IMG/VR virus record: IMGVR_UViG_3300021963_000090
Location: 14,282 to 78,281 of that record
From: a virus
Length of the DNA stretch: 64,000 bases
Strand: one strand, 5' to 3'
The notes beneath the pieces are model-generated. The model saw only the letters and a list, made by a program, of their open reading frames with translations. It was not told the DNA's origin and made no database searches. Each line of letters starts with the position of its first letter. The stretch's first letter is position 1. The position numbers were made by a program, and so were the translations under genes. Positions 1 to 7,874 of this stretch are shown here, in pieces.

Positions 1-1145
1 GCAGAACCACGACCTGGTCCAACCATAATATTATTATCCTTTGCCCAGTTAACCATATCCGCTACAACCAAGAAATAAGAAGCAAATGCCTTATCCTTAA
101 TAACGGATAGCTCTTCTTCAAGTCTGTCCAAGTAGACCTTATCCTTGTCCAGATCTAGCCTCTTAAGGCCTTCTAAGGCCATCTGAGCCAGTTTCTGGTC
201 AGCATTGGTCTTAGGGACAGGGAGTAGGTCTAGACCCCTGTTAAAATCGTATTCTCCAATTTTAGAGGCTATATCCATAGTATTATCAAATATGTCTGTT
301 CGATTAATCCCTGATTTTTTGAAGTCTGCCTCTATCTCATCTCTAGTCTGAATGAATAGATTGTAATCTACGAATGATATCTTTCTATCTGGATAAAGAT
401 AGTTAAATCTATCTAACATATCTTTCATCTGACGAGACATTTCAAAGTCTGCTTCTTTATCTGACTTAGGAGATGTAGATAATATGAGCATTGCTTCTTC
501 TAGAATGCGGTCTTCTTCTTTAGCAAAGTGGGCATCTCCTGTTGCCACCGCTTTAATTTTAAGTTCATCTGCTAGGCTTAATAGCCCCTCGTTTATTTCT
601 TTCGGATTGTGAGATTGAACCTCAATATAAAAATCATCACCGAAAGTTTTCTTAAAATCTTTGAGAATAAGTTTAGCTTCAGAGAACTCATTCTTCTCGA
701 TGCACTTAGAGATAAGCCCATTGAGGCATCCAGAAAGGACAATAATACCTTCAGCATATTCTTTTAATACCTCTCTGTCGATTCTTGGCTTATGATAGAA
801 GCCTTCATTCCAAGCAAGTTCCTGTAGTGTGTTTATGTTCTCTAAGCCTTTTTTATTTTTAGCCAGAAGAATAATATGATTATAAGCCTGAATAGACTTA
901 TCTGTTTTAGAGGAGCGATCAAATCTATCTGTTGGTGAGATGTACGCTTCTACTCCCAGGATTGGCTTTATGCCTTGCTCCTGACATGCTATCTGCATTT
1001 CACGATGAGAGGACAATGTACCGTGATCTGTTATTGCTAATGCTGTTTGACCAGCATCTTTTGCTGCCTTTACAAGTTCGGCAGGAGAGTTAAGACCATC
1101 CATCAATGAATAATATGAATGCACATGTAAGTGTGTGAATGACAT
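1..1145 (-). CDS. dnaE: DNA polymerase III alpha subunit (PHP domain and start of polymerase domain), 3' truncated by window edge
   Basis: Not in ORF track. Manual translation from ATG at 1145 gives MSFTHLHVHSYYSLMDG...AITDHG (PHP motif) and ends ...IMVGPGRGSA, the canonical DnaE motif, at position 1. Confidence 0.95.
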   Translation of the reverse strand, partial: MSFTHLHVHSYYSLMDGLNSPAELVKAAKDAGQTALAITDHGTLSSHREMQIACQEQGIKPILGVEAYISPTDRFDRSSKTDKSIQAYNHIILLAKNKKGLENINTLQELAWNEGFYHKPRIDREVLKEYAEGIIVLSGCLNGLISKCIEKNEFSEAKLILKDFKKTFGDDFYIEVQSHNPKEINEGLLSLADELKIKAVATGDAHFAKEEDRILEEAMLILSTSPKSDKEADFEMSRQMKDMLDRFNYLYPDRKISFVDYNLFIQTRDEIEADFKKSGINRTDIFDNTMDIASKIGEYDFNRGLDLLPVPKTNADQKLAQMALEGLKRLDLDKDKVYLDRLEEELSVIKDKAFASYFLVVADMVNWAKDNNIMVGPGRGS

Positions 1146-1169
1146 TAACTCTCCGCCTTTAACTTTGTA

Positions 1170-1841
1170 TTACCAGTCTACGCTGCTTGATGTAGCAGAA
1201 GACTCTTCGTTACCACCATTTTCTCCCATATAGAAAGCTTCTTGCTCTGCATATGGAACGTGACGAACTGCTGTCTTTTCAAGATCAAACAATTCAAGGC
1301 TTGCAAAATCGAATGGTGTTTCATCCTTAGCAAGCGGAATGATTGTGTAACTGGTATCTGTTTTGGTTCCGTTACGCTTAATGCGCCACATTAGGTTAGT
1401 AATGCTTCCCATTTCGCCAGCGTATTCAATCAAGGTAGGTGTGATTGTCTTACCACTGGTTCCCTGAGATAGAATTGCAACATACGGCTCTTCTTTACCG
1501 TCGTCAACCAATACATTGATGTATAAGCGTGTTCTGGCCTTCCAGCCAGCCTTTGGATCCTTGCGATGCTGTTCATTTGCCCAATCACGGCCTTCAGACT
1601 CCATTGTATCTAGAGCCTTGCGACGGTAATCCTTTGGGTTTGTGTGCTCTAGTGCGATAAAACCGCAACCAAGCTTGTCGTTATAATTTGGTGAATCTGG
1701 ATCTAGTTCCTGGAGGAATCTAATCTTTACGCTTTCGCCGTCTTCAACCTTAAGCCAGCGGGCCTTGTTGTCATCGCCACCACTGTAGGTAGGCTTATCT
1801 AACGCTTTGTTTAGGTCTTTTAGACCCTTTACTATACTCAT
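1170..1841 (-). CDS. Single-stranded DNA-binding protein (gp32-like)
   Basis: KxRFL motif, WRIKRNGTKTDTSYTI segment, acidic C-terminal tail ending in an aromatic residue (..SSSVDW); lies between primase and polymerase. Confidence 0.75.
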   Translation of the reverse strand: MSIVKGLKDLNKALDKPTYSGGDDNKARWLKVEDGESVKIRFLQELDPDSPNYNDKLGCGFIALEHTNPKDYRRKALDTMESEGRDWANEQHRKDPKAGWKARTRLYINVLVDDGKEEPYVAILSQGTSGKTITPTLIEYAGEMGSITNLMWRIKRNGTKTDTSYTIIPLAKDETPFDFASLELFDLEKTAVRHVPYAEQEAFYMGENGGNEESSATSSSVDW

Positions 1842-1892
1842 TTATTCTCCTTTATAGTTGATGGTATATATCCATCTGTATTTGTCATTATA

Positions 1893-2885
1893 TCATGAAT
1901 CCCAGGATCTGTATTCTATATCGGATACAGCATTTTTAATACAAGCTTTTATTTCCTCATCAGTCATATCGCCTGCATCTTTTGCATCATGTGGATATAT
2001 CTTACCATATTCGTAAGAAGCCCACAAGAGGTCCTTGAACTTTAATTTATTGACTATGCTTCGACCTAATTCTCTGCCAGCCAAATCTGCGTCTGTCATT
2101 ACTGTTATCTTATTAAAATGTCTATTTAATAAGTTGTGCTGTTCTGTTGATAAAAATCCGCCTAGCGTAGCAACAACATTTGGAAAGCCTGCCTGATGCA
2201 CACGTATTGCATCAAAGTTAGACTCAACAACTATAACGTGGTCACCAATTTTTTTAGCACGGTGAATATTAAATAAAGTTTTACTCTTAGGAAGATTGGT
2301 ACTATTCTTAAAAGACTTACCCTCAATAGATCTGCCAACTAATCCAATTGGAGTTCCGTCTGGACTATGCACTGGGGTAATAACCATATTCATAGATGCT
2401 GAGTATCCAAGACAGAAATGATCGATAGACTCTTGATTGATTCCTCTTGAAGCAAGATAGTCTACGGCTTCCTTAGACATTCCTGAATGCAATCTATCCA
2501 GTGTCTCTTGAGAAAATTCTTCGAACACAGGCTTTTCTTCCATAGCCTCTGAAAGTAATTCGTCAAAGTTTTCTAGAGCTTCTGCCTCTTTAGAAGATAT
2601 AAAACGCATAGCCTCATACTCATTCTTATTCATTACACGCTTGACTAGTTCTTGTAGAGTGCCAGCCTCACCACATGAAGGATTAAAGCAAATGAATGCA
2701 CCTTTTTCACGGCTTACGCTAAATGAAGATGTGTGTCTATTAGAATGAAATGGACAGTAGCATAGGAAATCATTACCAGTTTCGCCAACAATATTCAGTC
2801 CTATAGATTTTAAGACTGACTTGATATGCGCTGGCGTGTATTGCGTGGTATCAACTTCCCTTGTGTTATACCCTCTAATTGCCAT
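1893..2885 (-). CDS. dnaG: DNA primase (CHC2 zinc finger + TOPRIM)
   Basis: CPFH...CFNPSC zinc finger, GRSI, VESNFDA and DAD TOPRIM motifs. Start placed at MAIRG (2885) rather than 2936. Confidence 0.92.
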   Translation of the reverse strand: MAIRGYNTREVDTTQYTPAHIKSVLKSIGLNIVGETGNDFLCYCPFHSNRHTSSFSVSREKGAFICFNPSCGEAGTLQELVKRVMNKNEYEAMRFISSKEAEALENFDELLSEAMEEKPVFEEFSQETLDRLHSGMSKEAVDYLASRGINQESIDHFCLGYSASMNMVITPVHSPDGTPIGLVGRSIEGKSFKNSTNLPKSKTLFNIHRAKKIGDHVIVVESNFDAIRVHQAGFPNVVATLGGFLSTEQHNLLNRHFNKITVMTDADLAGRELGRSIVNKLKFKDLLWASYEYGKIYPHDAKDAGDMTDEEIKACIKNAVSDIEYRSWDS

Positions 2886-3112
2886 GCTTTCTTCTTTCCC
2901 ACATATACACCATGGATGCTCATTAAGAACTTCCAAGTCTCGCCTGTGAATTCTACCGAAAATGCAGGGTCTATGTCAAGTACCCTTACATATCCTTTGC
3001 CACGCATATCCTGAGTAAGCAGGTTTTCATACTGTGGCCTCAAGCTTATTAGGCGTGAGTTGTCATCAAACTGTACTTCAATTTGAAATCTTTTAATTTT
3101 TCGATGAGTCAT
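2810..3112 (-). CDS. Hypothetical protein between helicase and primase
   Basis: 100-aa ORF overlapping both neighbours in an operon-like arrangement. Confidence 0.65.
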   Translation of the reverse strand: MTHRKIKRFQIEVQFDDNSRLISLRPQYENLLTQDMRGKGYVRVLDIDPAFSVEFTGETWKFLMSIHGVYVGKKKAWQLEGITQGKLIPRNTRQRISSQS

Positions 3113-4343
3113 TATTTAATTCTGGAAGGTTCTCATAAATCGGAGTAATGACACCACGATTTATATCCCAGTCTAGATAGAAGTCGAACTCATGTCCGTG
3201 ACGATTCTTTCTAGATACAACTTCAATCATATTAGTTCCTGGGTAACGATGAATAGCCATAGCCATATCAGCATCATACTCAATTGCCTTTGACCAAGCC
3301 ACCTGACTCATCATAGGAGGGTTATCTTGATCTGAAATATCATCTGCAGTTGCAGCAGTAATATCAATTACTGGAATATTATTTGATACCGCAAGCAGTT
3401 TAAATTCACGAGAAATATTTCTATTACGCTCTACTTCAGAGTTGCTTCGCTTATTATCATTAAACAGCTGATGATAATCTAGAATAACTAAGTCTGGCTT
3501 ATGCTGGTCGATCTTACCTTGAATTGTTGCTGGAGTTACGTCTCCTGCACCTTCGTTAGATACAAGGATGAATGAATTCTTTCCAGTAAACTTCTTCTGA
3601 CCCCATGACTTAAATGTATCAACATCGATATCTCCTTTAGAGAAATCACTTGCACGGAATAAACCAGAACCTAGCATTGTATAAATGCGGTCACGCATAT
3701 TCTCTGGAGACATTTCAAGAGATACAATCATTGGCTTAAATCCCTGTTCCCATGCCTTGCATGCAAGGTAGGATGTGAACCATGTCTTACCACGCCCTGG
3801 CCAGCCGATAGCAACTATGAGATGGCCTGGAGCCATACCAGTCGGATATGCCTTATCGATAGCTTCAAAACCTGTTAGGATTCCTGGACTACCGCCCATA
3901 GCCGCTGATCGTTCTTTGACCGAAAGGAAGTGATTCTCCGCTGCCTCTAAATCGGTAACATCGATATCACGTACATTATTTGTAAACTTGCTAAGACTTG
4001 CTAATCTACTCTGCATGTCTGCAAGAACTCTGGATGCTGCATCTTCTTTAAGAGCTGAGCCTGAATGAATTAAAATACTCTTAAGCTTACTTGAAAGATA
4101 TTCATTCTTAAGCTTATCTAAATAATATCCAGTTTCTCCTTTGGTTGCTACTGGTTCAAAATCTTTAAATCTTTCTACAAGGATTCCAACTTCTGGAACA
4201 GCCTTAAACTTATAATAATATGACTTTAGGCTATCCCATATATCTTTATGAGAAGTAAAGATCTCGTCAACATTATCTGCAAGTAGTGTGCTTATGTCTT
4301 TGTTCTTGCATACCGCAGAGATTAGTTCCGCCTCTGTATTCAT
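3093..4343 (-). CDS. dnaB: Replicative DnaB-like helicase
   Basis: Walker A GWPGRGKT, SLEMS, Walker B LVILDY, IEYDAD and RKNRHG motifs. Confidence 0.95.
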   Translation of the reverse strand: MNTEAELISAVCKNKDISTLLADNVDEIFTSHKDIWDSLKSYYYKFKAVPEVGILVERFKDFEPVATKGETGYYLDKLKNEYLSSKLKSILIHSGSALKEDAASRVLADMQSRLASLSKFTNNVRDIDVTDLEAAENHFLSVKERSAAMGGSPGILTGFEAIDKAYPTGMAPGHLIVAIGWPGRGKTWFTSYLACKAWEQGFKPMIVSLEMSPENMRDRIYTMLGSGLFRASDFSKGDIDVDTFKSWGQKKFTGKNSFILVSNEGAGDVTPATIQGKIDQHKPDLVILDYHQLFNDNKRSNSEVERNRNISREFKLLAVSNNIPVIDITAATADDISDQDNPPMMSQVAWSKAIEYDADMAMAIHRYPGTNMIEVVSRKNRHGHEFDFYLDWDINRGVITPIYENLPELNNDSSKN

Positions 4344-4657
4344 TCTATTCCTTCCACAAGCTTCCTTGTCTCTTCCCGTAGGTGGTCCCTATGGATTCTA
4401 TCGTTCTGTATATCTTTTTGCATTCTATCAATTCTATCGAAGTTATAGAAAAAAAATTGCAGTGGATGATTAAACTTATTTATTCTGAAATAATATTCAA
4501 TCAATTCTTTTGCACGTTCATATCCTACACTATCTATAACGTCTTGCATACCCCACTTTTCACGAAACTTATTAATTCGTGGGCTTCTATTATATTTCTG
4601 CTTATATAAAGACTCATATAAACTAATTAAAATATAAGGCCCTTTATCATTTGCCAC
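4340..4657 (-). CDS. Hypothetical protein (possible replication accessory/helicase loader)
   Basis: 105-aa ORF with ATGA overlap to the helicase; function inferred from position only. Confidence 0.6.
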   Translation of the reverse strand: MANDKGPYILISLYESLYKQKYNRSPRINKFREKWGMQDVIDSVGYERAKELIEYYFRINKFNHPLQFFFYNFDRIDRMQKDIQNDRIHRDHLREETRKLVEGIE

Positions 4658-4850
4658 GTTTTAATTCCTCTTCTACTTCACGAGTTTTTTCAATAAGCTT
4701 TTCTTCTACAAACTTATACACTCTTTCTGTAGCCACATTTACACTCTCGCCAGCACGAAGATCATCCTCTACTCCAACACCTATCTTGATGCTTTCATAG
4801 TTTCCTAGATTACGTGTAAAGGACAAATCAACCTTAACTCTTGTTGTCAT
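4647..4850 (-). CDS. Hypothetical protein
   Basis: 67-aa ORF with AAGGAG RBS, coupled to neighbours. Confidence 0.7.
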   Translation of the reverse strand: MTTRVKVDLSFTRNLGNYESIKIGVGVEDDLRAGESVNVATERVYKFVEEKLIEKTREVEEELKRGK

Positions 4851-4951
4851 TTGTGCTCCTTCATATGTCTAGATAAACTATCGTGAGCGAATATGCCCCA
4901 CCGTAGTTCCCACTCTTTACCGCAAATACTGCATTTAATAATTCTTGCCAT
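4847..4951 (-). CDS. 34-aa C2H2-type zinc-finger microprotein
   Basis: Below ORF-track cutoff. MARIIKCSICGKEWELRWGIFAHDSLSRHMKEHK fills the gap exactly, with TAATG and ATGA overlaps. Confidence 0.7.
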   Translation of the reverse strand: MARIIKCSICGKEWELRWGIFAHDSLSRHMKEHK

Positions 4952-5433
4952 TACTCCGCCTTCCAAACAGGTACAAACGAACCGTCAACGGTCTTAGTAT
5001 ACAATATTAAATTGTGTTTGAGAAGAGCCTGTAATTCTGAGCGTGATGGTAAATCTCTAATATGTCCAGCATCAATAATAAATTGATGAATGTCCAATAT
5101 GTCCGATTCGCTTAGCATATACCTAGACCATGTGCTATCTGGATTACTAATAGGATAAACTTTCTGAGGTTTTTTTATTTTGCCCTGCAAAATATACTCT
5201 TCTATTGTTACCCTGTGCCTACCTAATATTTTACCAACTTCAACAATGCTGTAAGCATTTTCCATACTCTTCTCAACCTGAGAATAAGAATACATTACAC
5301 GTTTTTTATCTGGGTATGACCAAGCAATAATTTCATCTTTCGCCCTAGACGCTTTAAGAACCTTATGGATCTTTCCGTTTAAGAAGAAATAGAAGAGCTT
5401 TTTGCGTAATCCCTGTCTGTTTTTTCTAACCAT
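4951..5433 (-). CDS. Putative HTH (MerR/excisionase-like) DNA-binding protein
   Basis: YSIVEVGKILGRHRVTIEEYILQGKI resembles a MerR/Xis-type HTH. Confidence 0.6.
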   Translation of the reverse strand: MVRKNRQGLRKKLFYFFLNGKIHKVLKASRAKDEIIAWSYPDKKRVMYSYSQVEKSMENAYSIVEVGKILGRHRVTIEEYILQGKIKKPQKVYPISNPDSTWSRYMLSESDILDIHQFIIDAGHIRDLPSRSELQALLKHNLILYTKTVDGSFVPVWKAE

Positions 5434-5567
5434 TTACCGAACGCATTCGTTTCCTTATTGATCATCCAACGCTTTCCGCATAGGATGCAAAACAATTCTG
5501 TGTGTAGTTTTTGAGAGAATACTCTATCAATAAAAACTCTACCATTACATCTTTGACATTTCATCAT
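5379..5567 (-). CDS. Zinc-ribbon protein
   Basis: CQRC...CILCG motif. Confidence 0.7.
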   Translation of the reverse strand: MMKCQRCNGRVFIDRVFSQKLHTELFCILCGKRWMINKETNAFGKWLEKTDRDYAKSSSISS

Positions 5568-6364
5568 ACGGAAAACAGCTTCCCATCAACAACGCATGTA
5601 TAGTCTGGAGATATATGAATCATCTGAATATGTGGATAGTCATTAACAATATGAGCAACGGCAAATCCCTTTTGCCAATCATGATGCTGAGTATACTTCA
5701 TTCCGTCACTTTTTTCATCGCACATATGTCCAATTTCATATCCACGTAGAGTTTCTCCCTCACCATTATTTCTCAGCTCATATGTTACCATATGTGAAGC
5801 AATTCGGTGTGAGTGTCCTCTAATTAAAGATATTTGCATATCTTCCATATCTTTTCTTGCAGATCCAGTAGCAGCAATTGATAGTCCATGATGCACATGG
5901 ATATCTCCAAATCTGCGCTTAGGCAGTTCGTTATAATAAATGTATTCATACCCTAATGAATCTAGTGACCATAATGATTCTGGCGTAACCTCAGTAATAT
6001 AGTCTGGAAGCTTTGCGTCTACATAATTAAAAATACGAACATCGTGATTTCCCAATGCTGAAAATAGTTGAGCATCTGGAAGCATGTCACGAGTCTTAGT
6101 ATAAAAATCTCTTGCACCCTTTGCCTCATGCCGCATCATAGGTACAATTAAATCTTTGCTATCTGTTTTATGAAGGTTCATAAACTCTGCTGAGCGACCT
6201 TCTGTATACTTGCTATAACAAGCCTGATCATCTGTATCACCAAGGTAATCTACAACATCTGGCTTAAACCATTTCATGACCTTAAACCATAGCTCAATGG
6301 CCTTATCATCCTGATACGGGAATTGCTGATCGGACGATAGCATCCATTTCAAATCGTTTGACAT
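5564..6364 (-). CDS. Calcineurin-like metallophosphoesterase
   Basis: D-x-Q (variant of DxH), GDxxD, GNHD, HG and GHSH motifs. Start placed at MSNDL (6364) after an AAGGA RBS. Confidence 0.85.
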   Translation of the reverse strand: MSNDLKWMLSSDQQFPYQDDKAIELWFKVMKWFKPDVVDYLGDTDDQACYSKYTEGRSAEFMNLHKTDSKDLIVPMMRHEAKGARDFYTKTRDMLPDAQLFSALGNHDVRIFNYVDAKLPDYITEVTPESLWSLDSLGYEYIYYNELPKRRFGDIHVHHGLSIAATGSARKDMEDMQISLIRGHSHRIASHMVTYELRNNGEGETLRGYEIGHMCDEKSDGMKYTQHHDWQKGFAVAHIVNDYPHIQMIHISPDYTCVVDGKLFSV

Positions 6365-6379
6365 TAATTTTCCTTGCGT

Positions 6380-6404
6380 AAAAAAAGTCACGGAGTCGTG
6401 ACTT
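6380..6404 (-). terminator. Intrinsic terminator
   Basis: AAGTCACG-ACTC-CGTGACTT hairpin followed by a U-run on the minus strand. Confidence 0.75.
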
Positions 6405-6417
6405 AGATGTTAAAGAA

Positions 6418-6445
6418 ATTGTAGCATATATTACTAGCCTGTCAA
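6418..6445 (-). promoter_or_regulatory. Sigma70/SigA-type promoter upstream of replication module
   Basis: TTGACA-N16-TACAAT with an extended -10 TG. Confidence 0.75.
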
Positions 6446-6876
6446 TAGGCTATTGCTATATAACTTAAATAAACTTTATGTTGCGTAGTGCTTGTAGGCA
6501 TATAGCATACAGCCGTAAATCCAGTAGAAGTTGTTGTTCCTGTTGCAACATTTACCGCTGGGTGCCAGACCTTTGAAGTCGAAGACATTCTTGTAGTTAA
6601 AATGACATGTGGAGTTTTAGGAAAACCACTTGGAAATTTTACGTCTATTTTATTTACCTGTCCTGGGACAAGCAACCACTCGCCAGCATTTGCAGCTTGA
6701 ATCATTGGCTGTACTGTTGCTTGTGTTTGAGTACCAGTACTATTTTGAGCACCAGTTATGCTAATGCTAGTAGTTGAAACACCAATTTGTGGAATCTTTG
6801 CAGCCAGGTTGTTCACCTTTAATTCAAGTTCACCTAGCTTTGATGCGTCTAGCGGCTCTCCATCAACAAATGCCAT
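6442..6876 (-). CDS. Putative minor tail protein with H-type-lectin-like C-terminus
   Basis: VKFPSGFPKTPHVILT...STGFT...YIAIAY pattern typical of small tail-fibre tip domains. Confidence 0.55.
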   Translation of the reverse strand: MAFVDGEPLDASKLGELELKVNNLAAKIPQIGVSTTSISITGAQNSTGTQTQATVQPMIQAANAGEWLLVPGQVNKIDVKFPSGFPKTPHVILTTRMSSTSKVWHPAVNVATGTTTSTGFTAVCYMPTSTTQHKVYLSYIAIAY

Positions 6877-7340
6877 TATAGTTTTTCTCCTAAATCATGT
6901 GCCGAGATTTCTTTTTCAGACACCTCTATCATTTTTGACCTATCTAGACCATATCGATTAAACGAATCTGGATCTACGATGTGTCTTAGTTTATTCTGTG
7001 ATACTAGATACATTTTACCATCTGCGACACTCTTAATCAAGGTGCCGTCTCGAAAGCCTAGTTTACCCAATAGCTTAATTCCTGATAATGCCGCCTCAGT
7101 TGCCAATACCGTAGTAAAGCACCAAGACTGGGCGGCTCTATCCGAAATCAATCTGTAACGCTTGCCATCTTTAATCCAATATGTATCTCTATCTGTTTTA
7201 ACAGCGATACCTGAAGGGAAATTAGTCGGCTGTGATATTGTTAAGGTGGGTTTCGAATTCTTTAACAGCCTCAACCTTTGCCTCTTTTTCTTCCATAAGT
7301 TTAGTAATTTCTGCCCGTAAAAATGCAATCTGAGTTTCAT
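6876..7340 (-). CDS. Hypothetical protein with two internal repeats (true start possibly TTG at 7274)
   Basis: YWIKDGKRYRLISD and YLVSQNKLRHIVDP repeats. Confidence 0.6.
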   Translation of the reverse strand: MKLRLHFYGQKLLNLWKKKRQRLRLLKNSKPTLTISQPTNFPSGIAVKTDRDTYWIKDGKRYRLISDRAAQSWCFTTVLATEAALSGIKLLGKLGFRDGTLIKSVADGKMYLVSQNKLRHIVDPDSFNRYGLDRSKMIEVSEKEISAHDLGEKL

Positions 7341-7407
7341 AATTAGATACGATCTCTCCTATGCGCTGTTGTAGGGCGGTAATAACTAATTCCGCTTTTT
7401 CTGCCAC
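7222..7407 (-). CDS. Small coiled-coil protein
   Basis: 61 aa with heptad pattern; GTG start. Confidence 0.6.
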   Translation of the reverse strand: MAEKAELVITALQQRIGEIVSNYETQIAFLRAEITKLMEEKEAKVEAVKEFETHLNNITAD

Positions 7408-7415
7408 TTATATCC

Positions 7416-7640
7416 CTATTCTACTATTGCTTCTACAGAAACACGTTCTGCAATTAGTGCTGCTAACTGTCTGTCAGCCTCATCTACTAAATCTTCTAAC
7501 CTTGAAACCTCTTCTTGATTTGGAACAGACTTAGAATTTTCCTGAAGGATATCTAGCTCTAGCCCATACTTTGAATACTCTATGCTTCTCTGGTGTGAAG
7601 TAATAAGTTGAATCTTATCTGTTTTTGTTAATATTGTCAT
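7416..7640 (-). CDS. Small coiled-coil protein
   Basis: 74 aa; AGGAGG RBS and TGATATAAT upstream. Confidence 0.7.
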   Translation of the reverse strand: MTILTKTDKIQLITSHQRSIEYSKYGLELDILQENSKSVPNQEEVSRLEDLVDEADRQLAALIAERVSVEAIVE

Positions 7641-7667
7641 TTTGCCCTCCTTTCATAATTATATCAT

Positions 7668-7874
7668 TTAACCCTGATTAGTCAAGACTTGCTTTTCTGT
7701 TTCTAGAGCCTGTTTTATAGACTCTAAATTTTGTAGGTACTGAGATAGATTAACCTCATTTTTATTATCTGGTGTAGCATATAGTCCTGGATTAGCCATA
7801 ACATGGTTAACATGATCTATATGAAATTGAATATTTGATATTCTTTCTGTTATAATATCTATTTTATTTATCAT
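7668..7874 (-). CDS. Small coiled-coil protein
   Basis: 68 aa; ATGA overlap with upstream fibre gene. Confidence 0.6.
   Translation of the reverse strand: MINKIDIITERISNIQFHIDHVNHVMANPGLYATPDNKNEVNLSQYLQNLESIKQALETEKQVLTNQG

Noticed and set aside
1860-1876. Small hairpin GATGG/CCATC in the SSB leader as an autoregulatory element
   Set aside because: Only a 5-bp stem in AT-rich DNA; too weak to support alone.
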